Below, one piece after another: positions 35,561 through 48,960 of a stretch of 64,000 nucleotides of DNA (position 1 is its first letter; each line of letters opens with the position of its first letter). Both the position numbers and the translations under genes were made by a program. The notes under the pieces were generated by a model. It did not search any database, had not been told where the DNA came from, and saw only the letters and a program-made list of their open reading frames with translations. This DNA is from Okamejei kenojei (lineage: Eukaryota): the NCBI GenBank assembly GCA_035221665.1, contig CM069135.1:92380001-92444000 (forward strand), in the 5' to 3' direction.

Positions 35561-35693
35561 NNNNNNNNNNNNNNNNNNNNNNNNNNNNNNNNNNNNNNNN
35601 NNNNNNNNNNNNNNNNNNNNNNNNNNNNNNNNNNNNNNNNNNNNNNNNNNNNNNNNNNNNNNNNNNNNNNNNNNNNNNNNNNNNNNNNNNNNN
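35561..35693. other. Assembly gap hiding the Copia 3' LTR end
   Basis: Run of N. Confidence 1.
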
Positions 35694-37252
35694 CAGTGCT
35701 AGACCGAAGATAATTCCTGAGGAGTAAAAACACAGTGGGGCATCAGTCTTGCTCAAACTGGAAGAAGAAACTTTATTGACACACATGTGCTTGACACGTC
35801 AATAACAGCACCTCTCATTGGCTGTTATCATTGTCAGTTATTCACTACCTGCATCATGTTTGTCTGAATAACAATACAACATTAAGATTAACTTCTTTAC
35901 AATTGAGAGCATATTTTTCATATATGTTAACACCCCACTTGCTCTCACATTGTTATCTTAACTCAAAATAAAACATCCTAAGGTTTTCTACCTTACATCA
36001 TGTAGACTTTTACATACATGGTTACTCTCCAAACATAAACTTTGCAAACTCCATCAACTTAAATTTTGTTGCAGGTTTTGTCATCATATCTGCTACCATC
36101 TGGTCTGTTGGGCAATGCTCCAAACTTATTTTGCCATGATTCACAGTGGACCTCACAAAGTGATATTTTATGTCCAATGCTTACACCTCTGTCGATTTAC
36201 AGGATTCTTTGCTAACGCAATTGTACCCTGGTTATCCTCATAAACCTTGGGTGTTCGGTACTGATGTCCATCAATACCTTCTAGTAGTTGTACTAGGTAC
36301 ATACACTCCTGTAGTGTTGCGGCTAACGCCCATATACTCAGCCTCACGAGTTGACAGTGCAACGGTGGGCTGCTTTTTGGTTTTCCATGAAATCAAAGGA
36401 CCATTTTTGTTTAGGCTTACACAATAACCGGTTGTACTACGTCTGTCGGTTGCATCAGCCGCCCAATCTGCATCACTGTACGCTTGTAACGCCAGTTTCT
36501 CGTCGTCACATTTCCTGTAACACAACTCGTTCTCAATTATACCTCTCAGATATCTCAGTACATGTTTTACAGTAGCCCATTGCTCTTCCGTCGGCTCAGT
36601 AAAGTACTGTGATAGTTTACTTACTACAAAACTGAGATCGGGTCTTGTGCATGTAGTCAGATAGATTAGGCTACCTACTACCTCTCTGTATTTTCTGACA
36701 TCAATCATCATTTCTGCATCATCAGTGTAGTTCAATTTTTGGTCACAAGTTGTCGCCCTCGGTTTACAATCTTGCATATCAAACCTTTCAAGTATTTTCT
36801 CCACATATTTCTTCTGTGACATTCACACACAGTTATCACTCTGGTCAAAATCAATGCCAAGAAAATGTTTCAGTTTGCCCATGTCTTTCATCTTGAATTT
36901 GGCTGTGAGCATCTCCTTCACAGCTTTCAGTGCTTTTTCATCACTGGCAGCAATAATTAAGTCATCGACCCATATTATCATGATCACTTTCTCATTTTCT
37001 GTTTCCTCTGGTGTAAACACAATGATCAGCTGGGTTTTGCACAAAGTTGTTTTCAGTCAGATACTCGTGTAGCATTTTGTTCCAATTTCTACCCGACTGT
37101 TTTAACCCATAAAGTGACTTTTCTAGCTTATACACCAACTTTTCATTTGCGCTGGATTTTACATCATAACCTTCTGGCTGTTCCATGTAAATCTTGCAAT
37201 CTATTGGTGCATGTAGGTAGGCAGTTTTGACATCCATCTGATGTAAAATCAG

Positions 37253-37621
37253 TGTTAAAGAAGGAACTGCAGATGCTGGAGAATCGAGGGTTACACAAAA
37301 AGCTGGAGAAACTCAGCGGGTGCAGCAGCATCTAAGGAGGGAAGGAGATAGGCGACGTTTCGGGTTGAGACCCTTCTTCAGACTGGTCAGGGATCAGGGA
37401 AACGAGAGATATAGACGGTGATGTGGAGAGATAAAGAACAATGAATGAAAGATATGCAAAAAAGTATCAATGATAAAGGGAACAAGCCATTGTAAGCTGT
37501 TTGTGGTGTGAAAATGAGAAGCTAGTGCGACTCGGGTGGGGGAGGGAGATAGAGATAGAGGGAATGCCAGGGCCCGAGGGCTGAGGGAGAGGTGGGAAGG
37601 GGAGGAGACAGCAAGGGTTAA
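37253..37621 (-). mobile_element. Penelope-derived insertion in Copia RT
   Basis: 14-bp TSD TGATGTAAAATCAG (37239-52 / 37622-35). Removal restores ENLILHQMDVKTAYL. Confidence 0.9.
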
Positions 37622-38317
37622 TGATGTAAAATCAGGTTTTCCTGTGCTGCTTTTTGCATCATCACTCTGATACTAGTCAGGTTAGCAATAGGAGAAAATG
37701 TCTCGTCATAGTCTACACCCAATTTTTGACTGTATCCTTTGGCTACATACCGTGCCTTGTATTTATCAGATCCATCCTCATTGTTCGTGATTGCATATAC
37801 CCATCTACCCCCCACTGCTTTATTACCCTCAGGCAAGTTGGTTAGGGTAAATGTGTAATTTTCTCTCAGCGAATGCATTTCCTCATCCATTAACCCATTC
37901 CTTTGAGTTAGTTGAGGTTACAGCTTCCCTGAATGTTAGGGGGATGTTACACATCAATCTGTAGCAATAATCTATGTTAATCATTACATGATCATCACTC
38001 GCCTTGCCAGATACATATTCACTTAAGTAACCTGGTTTCTTCCTCACTCTAGAAGGGTAACGTGCAGGCTCATGTTTGGTTTCACCTGTCTGTGCTTGGC
38101 TATTCACCTCAAGCCTAGTTACTGGATCTTGGCCCTGAGTATGTCCTGGACTTTCATCAGTATTTTTTCTCATCCTACTGGCCCTATTCTGCACCTCAAA
38201 GTCATCGTCACATGGGGTCATGTCAGTCTGTATCTGCCGCTCTACAATTGTTTTGGTCACAAACTTCACCAGTCTGTGCTTCTTTACTTTCCCATTGTCA
38301 GGATAGTAAACCATGTA

Positions 38318-38421
38318 GGGTTACACAAAAAGCTGGAGAAACTCAGCGGGTACAGCAGCATCTAAGGAGCGAAGGAGATAGGCGACGTTTCGGGTCGAGA
38401 CCCTTCTTCAGACATGTTCTT
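38318..38421 (-). mobile_element. Penelope-derived insertion in the Copia integrase C-terminal region
   Basis: 11-bp TSD TAAACCATGTA (38307-17 / 38422-32). Confidence 0.88.
38384..38411 (-). ncRNA. Candidate minimal hammerhead ribozyme core
   Basis: CUGAAGA-A-GGGUC-UC-GACCC-GAAA-CG-UC; stem I is weak and stem III would need dimerisation. Confidence 0.55.
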
Positions 38422-40719
38422 TAAACCATGTAAGCTGGGCTATTCTAGTCATACCCGACAAAGATTCCCTTCTCACACTTTTGAGGTCCAGTTTTCCACT
38501 CTTGCGTCCTGTTTTATAGGCAATATACACACTCACTGACCCCAGAATCCTTTGCATCCTAGACAGGTTGAGCCGTTTTCTTGTCAGCATCAAGTAAGGT
38601 GCCTGCTTTGTGTGCTTGTTAAAGCATCTGTTCCTCACTGCAGCTGCTGCCTGCACTGCATAGGTCCAAAACTGTTTAGGTAACTCACTCTCTATTAGCA
38701 TACCCTGGCCAGTCAAACAGGGTGCGCCAATTTCGCTCAGCAGTACCATTCTGGTGTGGTGAGTATGGTGCTGAGGTCTCATGTCTAATGCCATTTCTGC
38801 TGAGTAGTGCCTGGTAATTCTTTCCCATGAATTCAGTACCATTGTCAGATCTCATACATTTAATCCTCCCATATGGGGCTCTGTCAGCAAGAAACTTCTC
38901 AGTGGCTTGCACTGTGTCACTCTTATTCTTTAGAAAGTACTGCACTGGAATAATCATCAGTGAATGATAGTGCAAACCTGTACCCCTCTCTGGACTCTGG
39001 GTCTATCGGTCCCGCTAAATCTGTGTGTACCAACTCCAAAGCTGCTTTGGCTCTTACATCAGGGTCCCAGTTCCTAGTTTGGATAAACTTTTCCTGAGTA
39101 CACACTTCACAGTGTAGAGCAGGCTGTCTGTTTTTTGCCCTTAATTGCCATACTTTCAACAATACTCTGTAATTTTTGAATATCTTCATAATTACAATGC
39201 CCTAGAATCTCATGCCATGTCTGCATACCATAACTGCTCTTACATTGGTCATCACATTCAACGTTTACCGTGCGCAAGTAGTACAGTCTGCTGTACTCGT
39301 GAATGTGGAATTTGGTACCGTCCTTGTGTTGTAGGACGTCTTCCCCATCCCTGAAGATTACGGTTGCTCCGCTGGAAGTAGCTGCTTTTACAGAGAAGAT
39401 GTCCTGCAGGTATGAGGGGATGTACAACGCCTGCCTCAGTGTTGTGTTGGGGCGGCACCCTTGGCTGTCGACCAAGCAAACCTCCGCGTCTCCTCTGCGC
39501 TCCGCGACTCCATCACACCTTGTGCCGTCAGCCAACTCCACGCAGTTGGACTGGAACATATCGTCGAACTTCTTGAACCTTGCTATATCAGTGATGATAT
39601 GCGAAGTTGCCCCCGTATCGACCATCAACCCTTTCAACTCGACACCACGCTCTGACTGGATCTCTGCGTCCCCTTCACTCACCAGGAATGCATATTCCTT
39701 GTTGTTAGTCTCCTCGGAAACTTGTCGTGCGTCGTCCCGCCGCTGCTTCCATCTGCAGGTTGCGTCCCGATGTGTGGTGCTTTTACAGTGACTACACCAC
39801 TGCTTGCGTTGACATGCTCTGGCTTTATGTCCTTTTAGGCCACACCTGAAGCACACAATGTCCGCGCTCTCCTCACTCCGGTCACTTGCACTTGTCGTGG
39901 CGGGTCTCACACACGCCTTCATGACATTGTCGTCGGATGCTGCTGCACGCATCTTTTCCGTGTCTTCGTAGCTCCGTAGTTTAGTTTTAAATTCGGCAAA
40001 CAGGCATTGCCTCTGCTTTTTCACTTTGGTGACTTGGATACCAATTGTATCTGAAAGATTCAGGGCAGTCCCTTCAAATCATTGCAATCTAAACCAGTCC
40101 GTCACCCAACAACCCTTCACCCAGCATTTCCTCAATGCTGTGATGGCTGCTCTTCTGCCAGTATAACATATTCAGTTACAACTCTCACTGCATAACATTT
40201 GAAGTGAAGTGTGTCAGTTCTGTATAACAGGCATATTATACGCCGGCTTTCCCTTACTCCGCATCAAATCAATCTCTCAAAATAGTTAGCGACTTGCTTT
40301 CTGTGCATCCATTGACCGCTGCATTCTCGTCATTACCAGCGACAACCTATTGTCATCCAGAAACTGATTAGCTCAGCATATGCTCCTCAATTTTTTGGCC
40401 TCGTTCCTTCATCATCGTCCGGTAAGGCTCCTTCAATGATGAAATCCTGTTAGCCCCATTTGCAACCAAAGCTAGGGCCAAATAATTAGTCTCCCACAGC
40501 TCATATTACTTTTCATCTCCGTCAAAAACTAGCAGAGAACCAGCTGGTTAACTCGACTCGGTGCTCAGTCTAACTCATGGTGCTAGCATAGCATGTTAAC
40601 TCTCAAACCGGACACACGGTACCGTCGCGACAGTTTCTCTCGGGTGTTAAATTCCTGGATATAACTGTTCTTGGGTACCATCAGGTAACTCTAATAAGTA
40701 ACTTCTGGCCCATATAACC

Positions 40720-41166
40720 TGTTGGCAGAGGTGAATTGTTGAGTGCTGCTGTGACACTTCCTGTCTGTCAGGCTGATTCACCACCCCATCCTGGATCAGT
40801 GTCCAAATCGAGTTGTGTCAATCCGCAAACTTTGTTAGAACGGCTTGACAGAGGTGCCTGTGGAGGTGCAGTTGTTGCGCGGTAGAGAGCGATAGAGGGA
40901 GAGGAAGTAACAGCCTACCCTGTGCTAGACCGAAGATAATTCCGAGAGGAGTAAAACACAGGGGGCATCAGTACTTGTCAAAACTGGAAGAAGAAACTTT
41001 ATTTAGACACACATGGTGCTGACAGACAATAACAGCACCTCTCATTGCTGTTATCTTTGGTCTGTTATCACTACCTGCAATCAAGTTTGTCTCTGAAAAC
41101 AGTACAACTTATAGATTAAACTTCCTTTACTACAATTCTAAGCGCTATTTTTCATATAAATGTACA
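40720..41166 (-). repeat. Copia 5' LTR
   Basis: 40920-41166 matches 35694-35932. Confidence 0.88.
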
Positions 41167-41559
41167 GAGGGAAATAGAAAGTAACAATTCGACCACCCAC
41201 AAGTGAAATTATACTGCCAAGTATTGCTAATAGGTAGCTAGTGCAATCATATATATTTTTAACAAATACTAAATATTAATTATGCACGGGAATAAAGGCA
41301 ACCGAAGATTATAAATGTGATTATTAATTTCACAATTTTGATTGGAGATACAACAAATTGCGCAGCATTTTAACTTGTAAGATATTCCCAGCATTGGCAT
41401 GGTGCTGTTGGACTGCTCTCAGATGTACGCCAATTGAGTTATACAGCATTCCGCCCAAACTGATGCTTTTGACTATCAAGAGGCCATTTTATAAACAACT
41501 AATCCTATTCAATCCAATTTTTAATGTCCTCCACATTCCCAAGACACTTATCCTAGATT

Positions 41560-41750
41560 ATTTATCCACACTAAACGCACTAATTAACAGTGCCAATTAA
41601 CCTGCCAATTCCTAATTTCTTTGGAAATTGGGGGAACACACAAGCACCTGGAGGAAAACTATTCAGTTTATAGAATAGCCAGAACAAACAAACGTCACCA
41701 TTACGGGCAGTCTCTGAGGTGACAAAACCCTGTGATGTAGCTGCTCTACT
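41560..41750 (-). mobile_element. Degraded V-SINE
   Basis: CCAATTAACCTG...TTTGGAAATTGGGGGAAC...GCACCTGGAGGAAAA is the reversed V-domain. Confidence 0.55.
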
Positions 41751-41859
41751 AAGGTCTCAAATTGCCCCGCCCCTAATCGTTCCGCAGGTCAGAAACAGCC
41801 AAATATTGACATGCAGCTACAGAACTGCATAGAACTAGGTTTGAGCTGCAAAGTAACAA

Positions 41860-43310
41860 AAATATGTAATCAAAATGAAAGCATTCAAAAGTGGGAAAAG
41901 GCTTTGCTGGCCAAGCTGAAAAATTTACAAACCACACAGCTGGACCCTCTGCAGTTTGCATATCGGGCCAATAGATCCGTGATGAGTTACAGTTAACCTG
42001 GGCCTGCACTTCATCCTACCGCACCCTAGACCACAGGGGACCTATACTAGGATCCTGCTTTGTTGATTTTAGCATCTGCATTCAACAACATTGCGCCAGA
42101 GTTACACACTTCAAACGTTCCGAGTTGACTGTGCCTGAACCCTTCTGTCAGTAATCACCAACTTTCTACAGACAGGAATACACATGGTGGAGGCTCAAAA
42201 GCACATCTTGGTCCCGCAAAACACCACAAGCATAGGAAGCATCGCAAGGCTGTGTACACTCTCCTCTCCTCTATCCTCTCTACCCAACAACAGAGCACCT
42301 CCACAGACCACCTCTGTCAACTTCTCAAGTTTGTGCGGATGACACAAAACCTGATTGAGACTGACCAGGATGGGGTGGAATCTGCCTACAGACAGAAAGT
42401 GTCACAGCTGGCGTCCTCGGTGCCGTAGCAACAACTGGACTCAATAGGTCTTAAGATAGTGGAATTAATTGTAGACTTTAGAAAGCTAGCTCCCCCCTCC
42501 CCCACTCTCCACTCACAATCCAAACACACCACAGACCACTTCTGTGGATCTTTTAAGTTCCCTGGGAACCCTCATCTCCAAGGACCTTAATGGGGGCTAA
42601 CCATCGGACTACCACAGGCAAAAAAGTACAACGAAAAGAGGATGTAACTTATCCTACATCAGCTGAGGAAGCACAATCTGACCACAGGCAATGATGGTCA
42701 ATTTTACATGGCCATCATAGAGTCATGTTCACAACCTTCTCCACATGGTCTGGTTTGACTCAGCCACCAACACGAACACGCTGGAGGCTTGCAGCGAATC
42801 GTCCATCAGTCAGAGAAGACATTATTTGACTGCACAAAACCTTTCCTCCATTGATGAACAGACACTGAGCAAAGGCCAGAGAAGCGAGCAGGCAGGGGAG
42901 ATCATCTCTGACCCCTCTCACCCTGGCCACTAACTCTTTGGAATCACTCCCCTCTGGAAGGCGACTCCCGGATTGCCAAAGCTGCCCAGCCATACATAAA
43001 AACAGATTTATTCCAGAGTATTGCTCTACTCAAACAGCACAAAAATCTGTTGCCTATCCCTGTGATCGGTTTTTTGTTGGTTCACATGCTTGATCGAAGT
43101 TGTTTTTTCATTAATGTTTTTTTTATAATTATGTTTATTGTTTTCTGATCATTCGAAACTGTCACGTATGCTCATGGTTGTTACTTGTGAGCGAGCAGCC
43201 AATGCAAATTCCTTGTAATGGAAATACTTGGCCAATAAACAAACTTACTTACTACTTACTTACTACTTACTTACGTCACTACATACTACTTTACTTAATT
43301 ACTTACTTGA
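41860..43310 (+). mobile_element. Rex1/Babar LINE, 5'-truncated, indel-rich
   Basis: LDPLQFAYRANRS, FVDFS.AFN, PQGC, LPSGRRLP and AATAAA with an (ACTT)n tail. Confidence 0.85.
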
Positions 43311-43574
43311 GTAACAAAATCCATTAAAAACCAATGGAGTACTGATAGTCAAGTAATACCCCGCATCCAAGGATCTTTAAATAAAGTGCTGTGGCAATGG
43401 ATTGGAGGCAATACTTCCTCAAACGCTTTGTTGATTCAGAGACGCACTAATTGATTGGAGGAAAATTGTAAATGGCGACTACCCTCGCATTACAAGTGGA
43501 ATGAAATAGTAACAGGAAACTATAGATATTTTGTTAAACTTACTGGTCTAATCATTAAGAAAGACCGTTGTACA

Positions 43575-44790
43575 TTTTATAAGAGAAAGAGTTATACAGT
43601 ATGGAAAACAGGCCCTTCGCCCATTGCCCACAACGGCCAACCATGTCCCAGCTACACAGTCCCACCTGACCACTTTTGTCCATATCCACAAACCTGGTCT
43701 AAAAAAAAAACCTTTCCAATCCATGTACCTGTTAACTGTTTTCTTGAATCTGTTAGGTAAATCCCTGCCTCCATCTTACTACCTCCTCTGGAAGCTTGTT
43801 CCATACCCACCACCCTTTGTGTTAAAAGGGTATCCGTCAGATTCCTAATTATTAATTCTTTTCCCCATTATCTTTTTAAATCTATGCCTTCTAAGTCCTC
43901 GATTCCACCTACTCTGGGGCAAGACACTCTGTGCATGTACCCGATATAATTCCTCCTCATGATTTTATACACCTCAATAAGATCACCCCATCATCCATTC
44001 TTGCTCCAAAATGGAGCCCCAACATTCATCCTCTCCCAGTAGATCAGACCTCTTCTAGCCCTGGCATGGTGTCCTTGTAAATCCTCTATTACCCTTTCTC
44101 CAGTTTGTCCAAACATCCTCCTATCACATGGTGCCCTGAACTGACTCATATTCCCTATATGTGGCTCTCACCCACAGTCCTATACATCTGCAACATGACC
44201 CACAACCACCATCTATACAAAAACACCCTGACTGATGAACGGCAATGTTGCCAAAAACCTTTTTGACACCATCCAATTCTACCTCAATTCGAACCCTGTA
44301 AAGGAACACATGCAGCCTGGCACCAAATCTAAATCATCTCTCTGCTCGACACTACAACCCAAGCCCTATTCCTGATTCAACTGCGTAGACCTCCGGCCCC
44401 ATGTTAGGACTTCCCAAAATGTAAATGCCTCACTTTTTCTGCTTTAAATTACATCCAACCATTCCTTAGACCCACTTGGCCAATTTGGATCAAGATACTG
44501 CTAACAATTTTTCAAACCATATTCAATAATCTGCAAAACCAGCCACTTTTGTATCAATCTGCAAACTTGCTAATCTTGCATGTATGTGTCTCATCCAAAT
44601 CGTGTGAAATTAGGAATCCAATCAGTAACAGATGACAAACACCATATCACAGGCCTCCAGTCCCGAGAAGTAGCCTTGCACCATCACCCTCTGCTTCCTT
44701 CCATGAATTTTCTATCCATTCAGCTACCTCTCCTTTGATCCAATGCATCCAACCTTCCCAGAGGACCTACCATGCGGAACCTTGTCGAAT
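43575..44790 (-). mobile_element. CR1 LINE 3' ~1.2 kb, indel-rich
   Basis: Reverse-strand CR1 tail (GGAAAACAGGCCCTTCGCCC on plus), KFAD and DKVPHGR motifs. Confidence 0.75.
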
Positions 44791-44871
44791 TTAGAAAGGT
44801 TTAATGTAATTAAACCAAGTCCAATGTGCTTTTATGAAAGGAAATCACATTTGACAAATTTGCTACAGTTT
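44791..44871 (+). mobile_element. Old CR1 RT fragment, host of the L1; resumes at 51062-51538
   Basis: GKSHLTNLLQF joins to ...KAFDK...VSQGLVLDPQLFTIFVNDM after L1 removal. Confidence 0.75.
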
Positions 44872-45189
44872 TTTTTCGTTTTGTTTGTAAAATATATTTA
44901 TTAGAAGTAAATACATATTAAAAGGAATAACATAAAATCGAAAAGAAAAAACATATTATTCGTCACATACATTCTTAATATTTTTAAAGTTTACAGTCGA
45001 TCTTATTTTACTTCTATATTTTTTATTATTTTATAACAAGAAAGAAAATAGTAAAGAGAAATAATAAAAAGAAATAAAATAGAAGTAGAAAATCGATAAA
45101 ATGAGTGGAGTATAAAGCAAGATATTCTTCATTGGAGATATATGCGTGGTCTATTGTATATAGTTCTTCATCAATCCTTAATTCAGGCT

Positions 45190-48100
45190 TCAGTCAGGCC
45201 CTCGAAACCGGACCTCCTTGACCCTTTAAGTATTCAATAAATGGAGACCATATTCCTCTGAATTGAATCTAGCTTGTCCAAAAGACAAGTCTTAGTCTTT
45301 CCAGATGAAGTGTCTCCGACATTTCTGTAATCCACATTTTGATTGTGGGGGATGTAGGACCTTTCCAAAAATCTTAGTATTAGTTTTTTACCAATTATTA
45401 GACTATAACAATAAAATAAAAATATTTGCTGTGTTGTTAGATAATGATCCGTTTCTATTATTCCTAATATGATTAATTTTGAGTCTGGAGTCAGATTTGC
45501 ATTAACTACTTTCGAGATTATGTTAAAAATTTCTATCCAAAAATTAGTAAATTTTTATAACGTTTTGTGAATGAATGCGTTAGATTTAGCTTCTAAATGC
45601 TGACATTTATCACATATAGCAGAAACATTTGAAAGATGTCTGGCATTTAATGAGCAGTGGTGTATATGTTTAAACTTTCATTCCATACTTCTACACTAAT
45701 TGTTTTGTCCTAATTCGTTTTTCCATGCTTGCCTATATGTTTCCGAGTTTGGTAAATAAATTTTCCATATTAATGATATTAATTTTTCTGTATTTGGATA
45801 TTTATTTAGACATTCGTCTAAAATTTCTGTCTTTCCATTTCTAAAATCCTGTGTGTTTGATTTAACATAGTCTCTAATTTTGTAAATATCTTAAGTACTC
45901 TTTTGATGTAATCCATAATTTTTGTTGTAATTCCTGAAATGAAAGGAATAAACTTTTCCCTGTAGAGATCACCCATCTATTATTCATAGTTCTTCCATTT
46001 AAAAAAACCTTTATCTATCATTGAAGGTTTAAAAGTGATGTTATTTGCAATGGTAAGAGCCAGTGGTATGCTTCTAATTTTAATGTTTTCTTTAATTGTT
46101 TCCAATACGTATGCCACTTTCTATTAATTGGATTTCCTCTATAACTTTTTTTATGTATTTTAGTATTAGCAAATAAAATCAAGCTAATTTCAAAAGTTGA
46201 ACAATCTTCCTTTTTCCATTTTTAACCAGTTTGGTTGTTTATCTATTTCTTCCAACCAAAAATTCATATTTTTAATATTATCTGCCCAATAATAAAACAT
46301 AAAATTAGGCAATGCAAAACCTCTATTCATTTTTGATTTACATAGATATGTTTTATTTATTCTATGGCTCTTATAATCCCAAATAAAGTTGGTAACTATA
46401 GAGTCCACTTTGTTAAAACATTTTTTAGGAAGATATATCGGGATCAGTTGAAACAAGTATAATAATTGCGGAAGAAAAATCATTTTTATCGCATTAATTC
46501 TACCTAGCATTGAAATAGGTAATGTTTTCCAATATAGGATATTTTTAAGTAGTTTATTCAATAGGGGTGGGAAATTAGATTTAAAAAAAGAATCATATCT
46601 TTTTGTTACATGAATTCCAAGATATTTGATTTTTTCATTTGCTGTCTTAAAAGGATATTGTTGTAATATATGTGAGTTATTTCCCATTATTGGCGTGTTC
46701 ACTTTTATTCCAATTAATTCTATATCCTGAAATCAATCCAAATTGAGTTATTAAATCGAGTAAGTTAGGAATACTAATTTCCAGCTTTGTAATATAAAGT
46801 AATACATCATCTGCGTATAAAGAGATTTTATTTTCAGTTTACTTTGCTTTCATACCTGTAATATTTCAGGATGTAATCTGACGCGCTGTGCTAATGGTTC
46901 AATTGCCAGTGCAAACAGTAGAGATAGAGGACAAACTTGTCTACAGCCACGGAATAAATTAAATTTAGTTGTTAACATTTGATTTCTTAATATTCTAGCT
47001 GTTGGATTGGTATATAGTCGCTTAACCCATGTTATAAACTATTCTCCCAACTGAAAAGTTTCCATAACCGAAAATAAATAAGACCATTCAATCTGATCGA
47101 AAGCTTTCTCTGCGTCCAATGAAATAATTGATAAATCTTTATTAATGTTTCTTTTCGAGTATATAATATTGAATAAACTTCTCAGATTGTTTGAGGAGTA
47201 TCGTTTGGTATAAATCCTGTTTGATCTGAATGAATTATTTTATTATCACTGTAGTAAGTCTTTGTGCAGTATTTTGGTTAATATTAATTTATCAGTGTTT
47301 TAAAAGAGCTATAGCTCTATACGACCCTGGATCATCCAAATTTTTATCTAATTTAGGTATAAGTGTTATAATAGATTCATTTAATGTTTTCTGGTAAATT
47401 CTGTTGTGCGTAAATGTGTTTCATAAAGTGTCTTCAAACGTGGAGCTATCGTATCATAGAATGTTTGATAAAATTCTGATCCAATACCATCCGGTCCTGG
47501 AGTTTTACCATTTTTTTAATGACCTAATAGCTTCTTCAATTTCTTTAGTAGTTATTTCAGCGATGAGTGATTCTCTATTTTCTGAATCCAGTCCTTTTAG
47601 ATTACAATTTTTAAAAAATGTTTCTACTCCTATTCGATTTTCTGTCGTTTTGGCTGAATATAAATTTTTATAATATTGCAAACATCTCTCATTTATATCT
47701 TTAGTTTTGTACTAATAATTCCCCTTTGTCTGATTTAGTCCTATGGATTAATTTTTCTCCTTCCAATTTTCGTATTGACGAGCTAATAATTTCTGTGGTT
47801 TTATCTCCGAATTCAAATTGTATTTTTGTTTAGTATATTGGTATAGTTTTACAACTTGGTCTGACTGTATTTTATTTAATTTATATTTCAATGCAAAGAT
47901 TTTATTATGTTTTTATTATGGTTGGGTTTAACAGCGTTTTCTGCATCTAATTGTTTGATCTCCGTTTCCAATGCCTGTTGTTCCCTCCGATTCTCTTTAT
48001 TATAAAATGCTTGAGAGGATATCATAATTCCCCGAAGATATGCTTTAAAAGTTTCCCATAATAGGGACAAAGATATTTCTGGCGTATCATTTATTTCAAA

Positions 48101-48960
48101 GAAAATCTTGATCTGTTTGTGATGTATTCTTGAGTTATTTTGTCTTTTAAAATTTGTGGGTTAAATCTCCATTGTCCTTGTTTTTCCGTTTTACCAGTTA
48201 TTTTCATCATAAAAGTTAAAGGTGCGTGATCTGAAATTATAATATTATGATATTTTGAATTATAAGTGAATGGGATAAGTTTTAAATTTACCAAAAAATA
48301 ATTTAGTCTTGAATAGGTTTAGTCTTGAATAGGTTACTCACCTGCACAGGTGAGTAAAATGAGTATTCCCGTCCAGCTGGGTTTTGCATTCTCCAAACAT
48401 CTTTAATATTATTAGTATCAATATATGCATTTATTAGATCACTGGAATGCGATTTAAGTTTCCGTTGTTTTGATGATCTGTCCAAATAAGGATCTAGTGT
48501 ACAATTTAAATCTCCTCCAATTATTAAGTTATGTTGTGATAATTCCGGAATAGTATTAAATATTTTTTTTAAAAACAGTGGGCTGTCAAAATTTGGGCCA
48601 TATACATTGACAAAAATCATTTTTTGTGTGTATAATTCTCCTATTACAATAATATATCTACCATCACTATCAGTTATTGTTGAAGTGTGTTTAAATGAAG
48701 TGCCTTTACAAATTAATATTGCTACACCTCTAGATTTTGTGTTGTGAAAGAAGAATGATACACTTTGTCAATCCATTTAGCTTTTAATCTATGTTCTGCC
48801 TCTTTTTTTAGATGTGTCTCTTGGATGAATACACATCTGCTTTATGTGCTTTTTAATGTGCTAATACTTTACCTCTCTTAATTGGTTCATTAATACTTTA
48901 ACATTCCAGCTACAAAACGTTATTCCTCCATTCCCCCATATTCATTTGAAAGTCTTGCAT
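45190..48960 (-). pseudogene. L1 ORF2 (APE endonuclease-RT)
   Basis: TFCSWNV, NVYGPN, GGDLN, SDH, SLDAEKAFD, LYADDV, KYLGI, GRINAIKM. Confidence 0.9.

Larger units (their letters stand above)
36020..40580 (-). pseudogene. Copia gag-pol polyprotein
   Basis: [102 protein letters not shown]. Confidence 0.94.
35694..41166 (-). mobile_element. Ty1/Copia LTR retrotransposon
   Basis: LTRs at 35694-35932 (partial) and 40720-41166 (TG...CA), PBS-like GGTTATATGGGCCAG, PPT AAGTGGGG, PR-IN-RT-RH order. Confidence 0.94.

Noticed and set aside
43245-43310. Short tandem array resembling a regular repeat locus
   Set aside because: It is the (ACTT)n tail of Rex1; there are no spacers and no CRISPR array in the window
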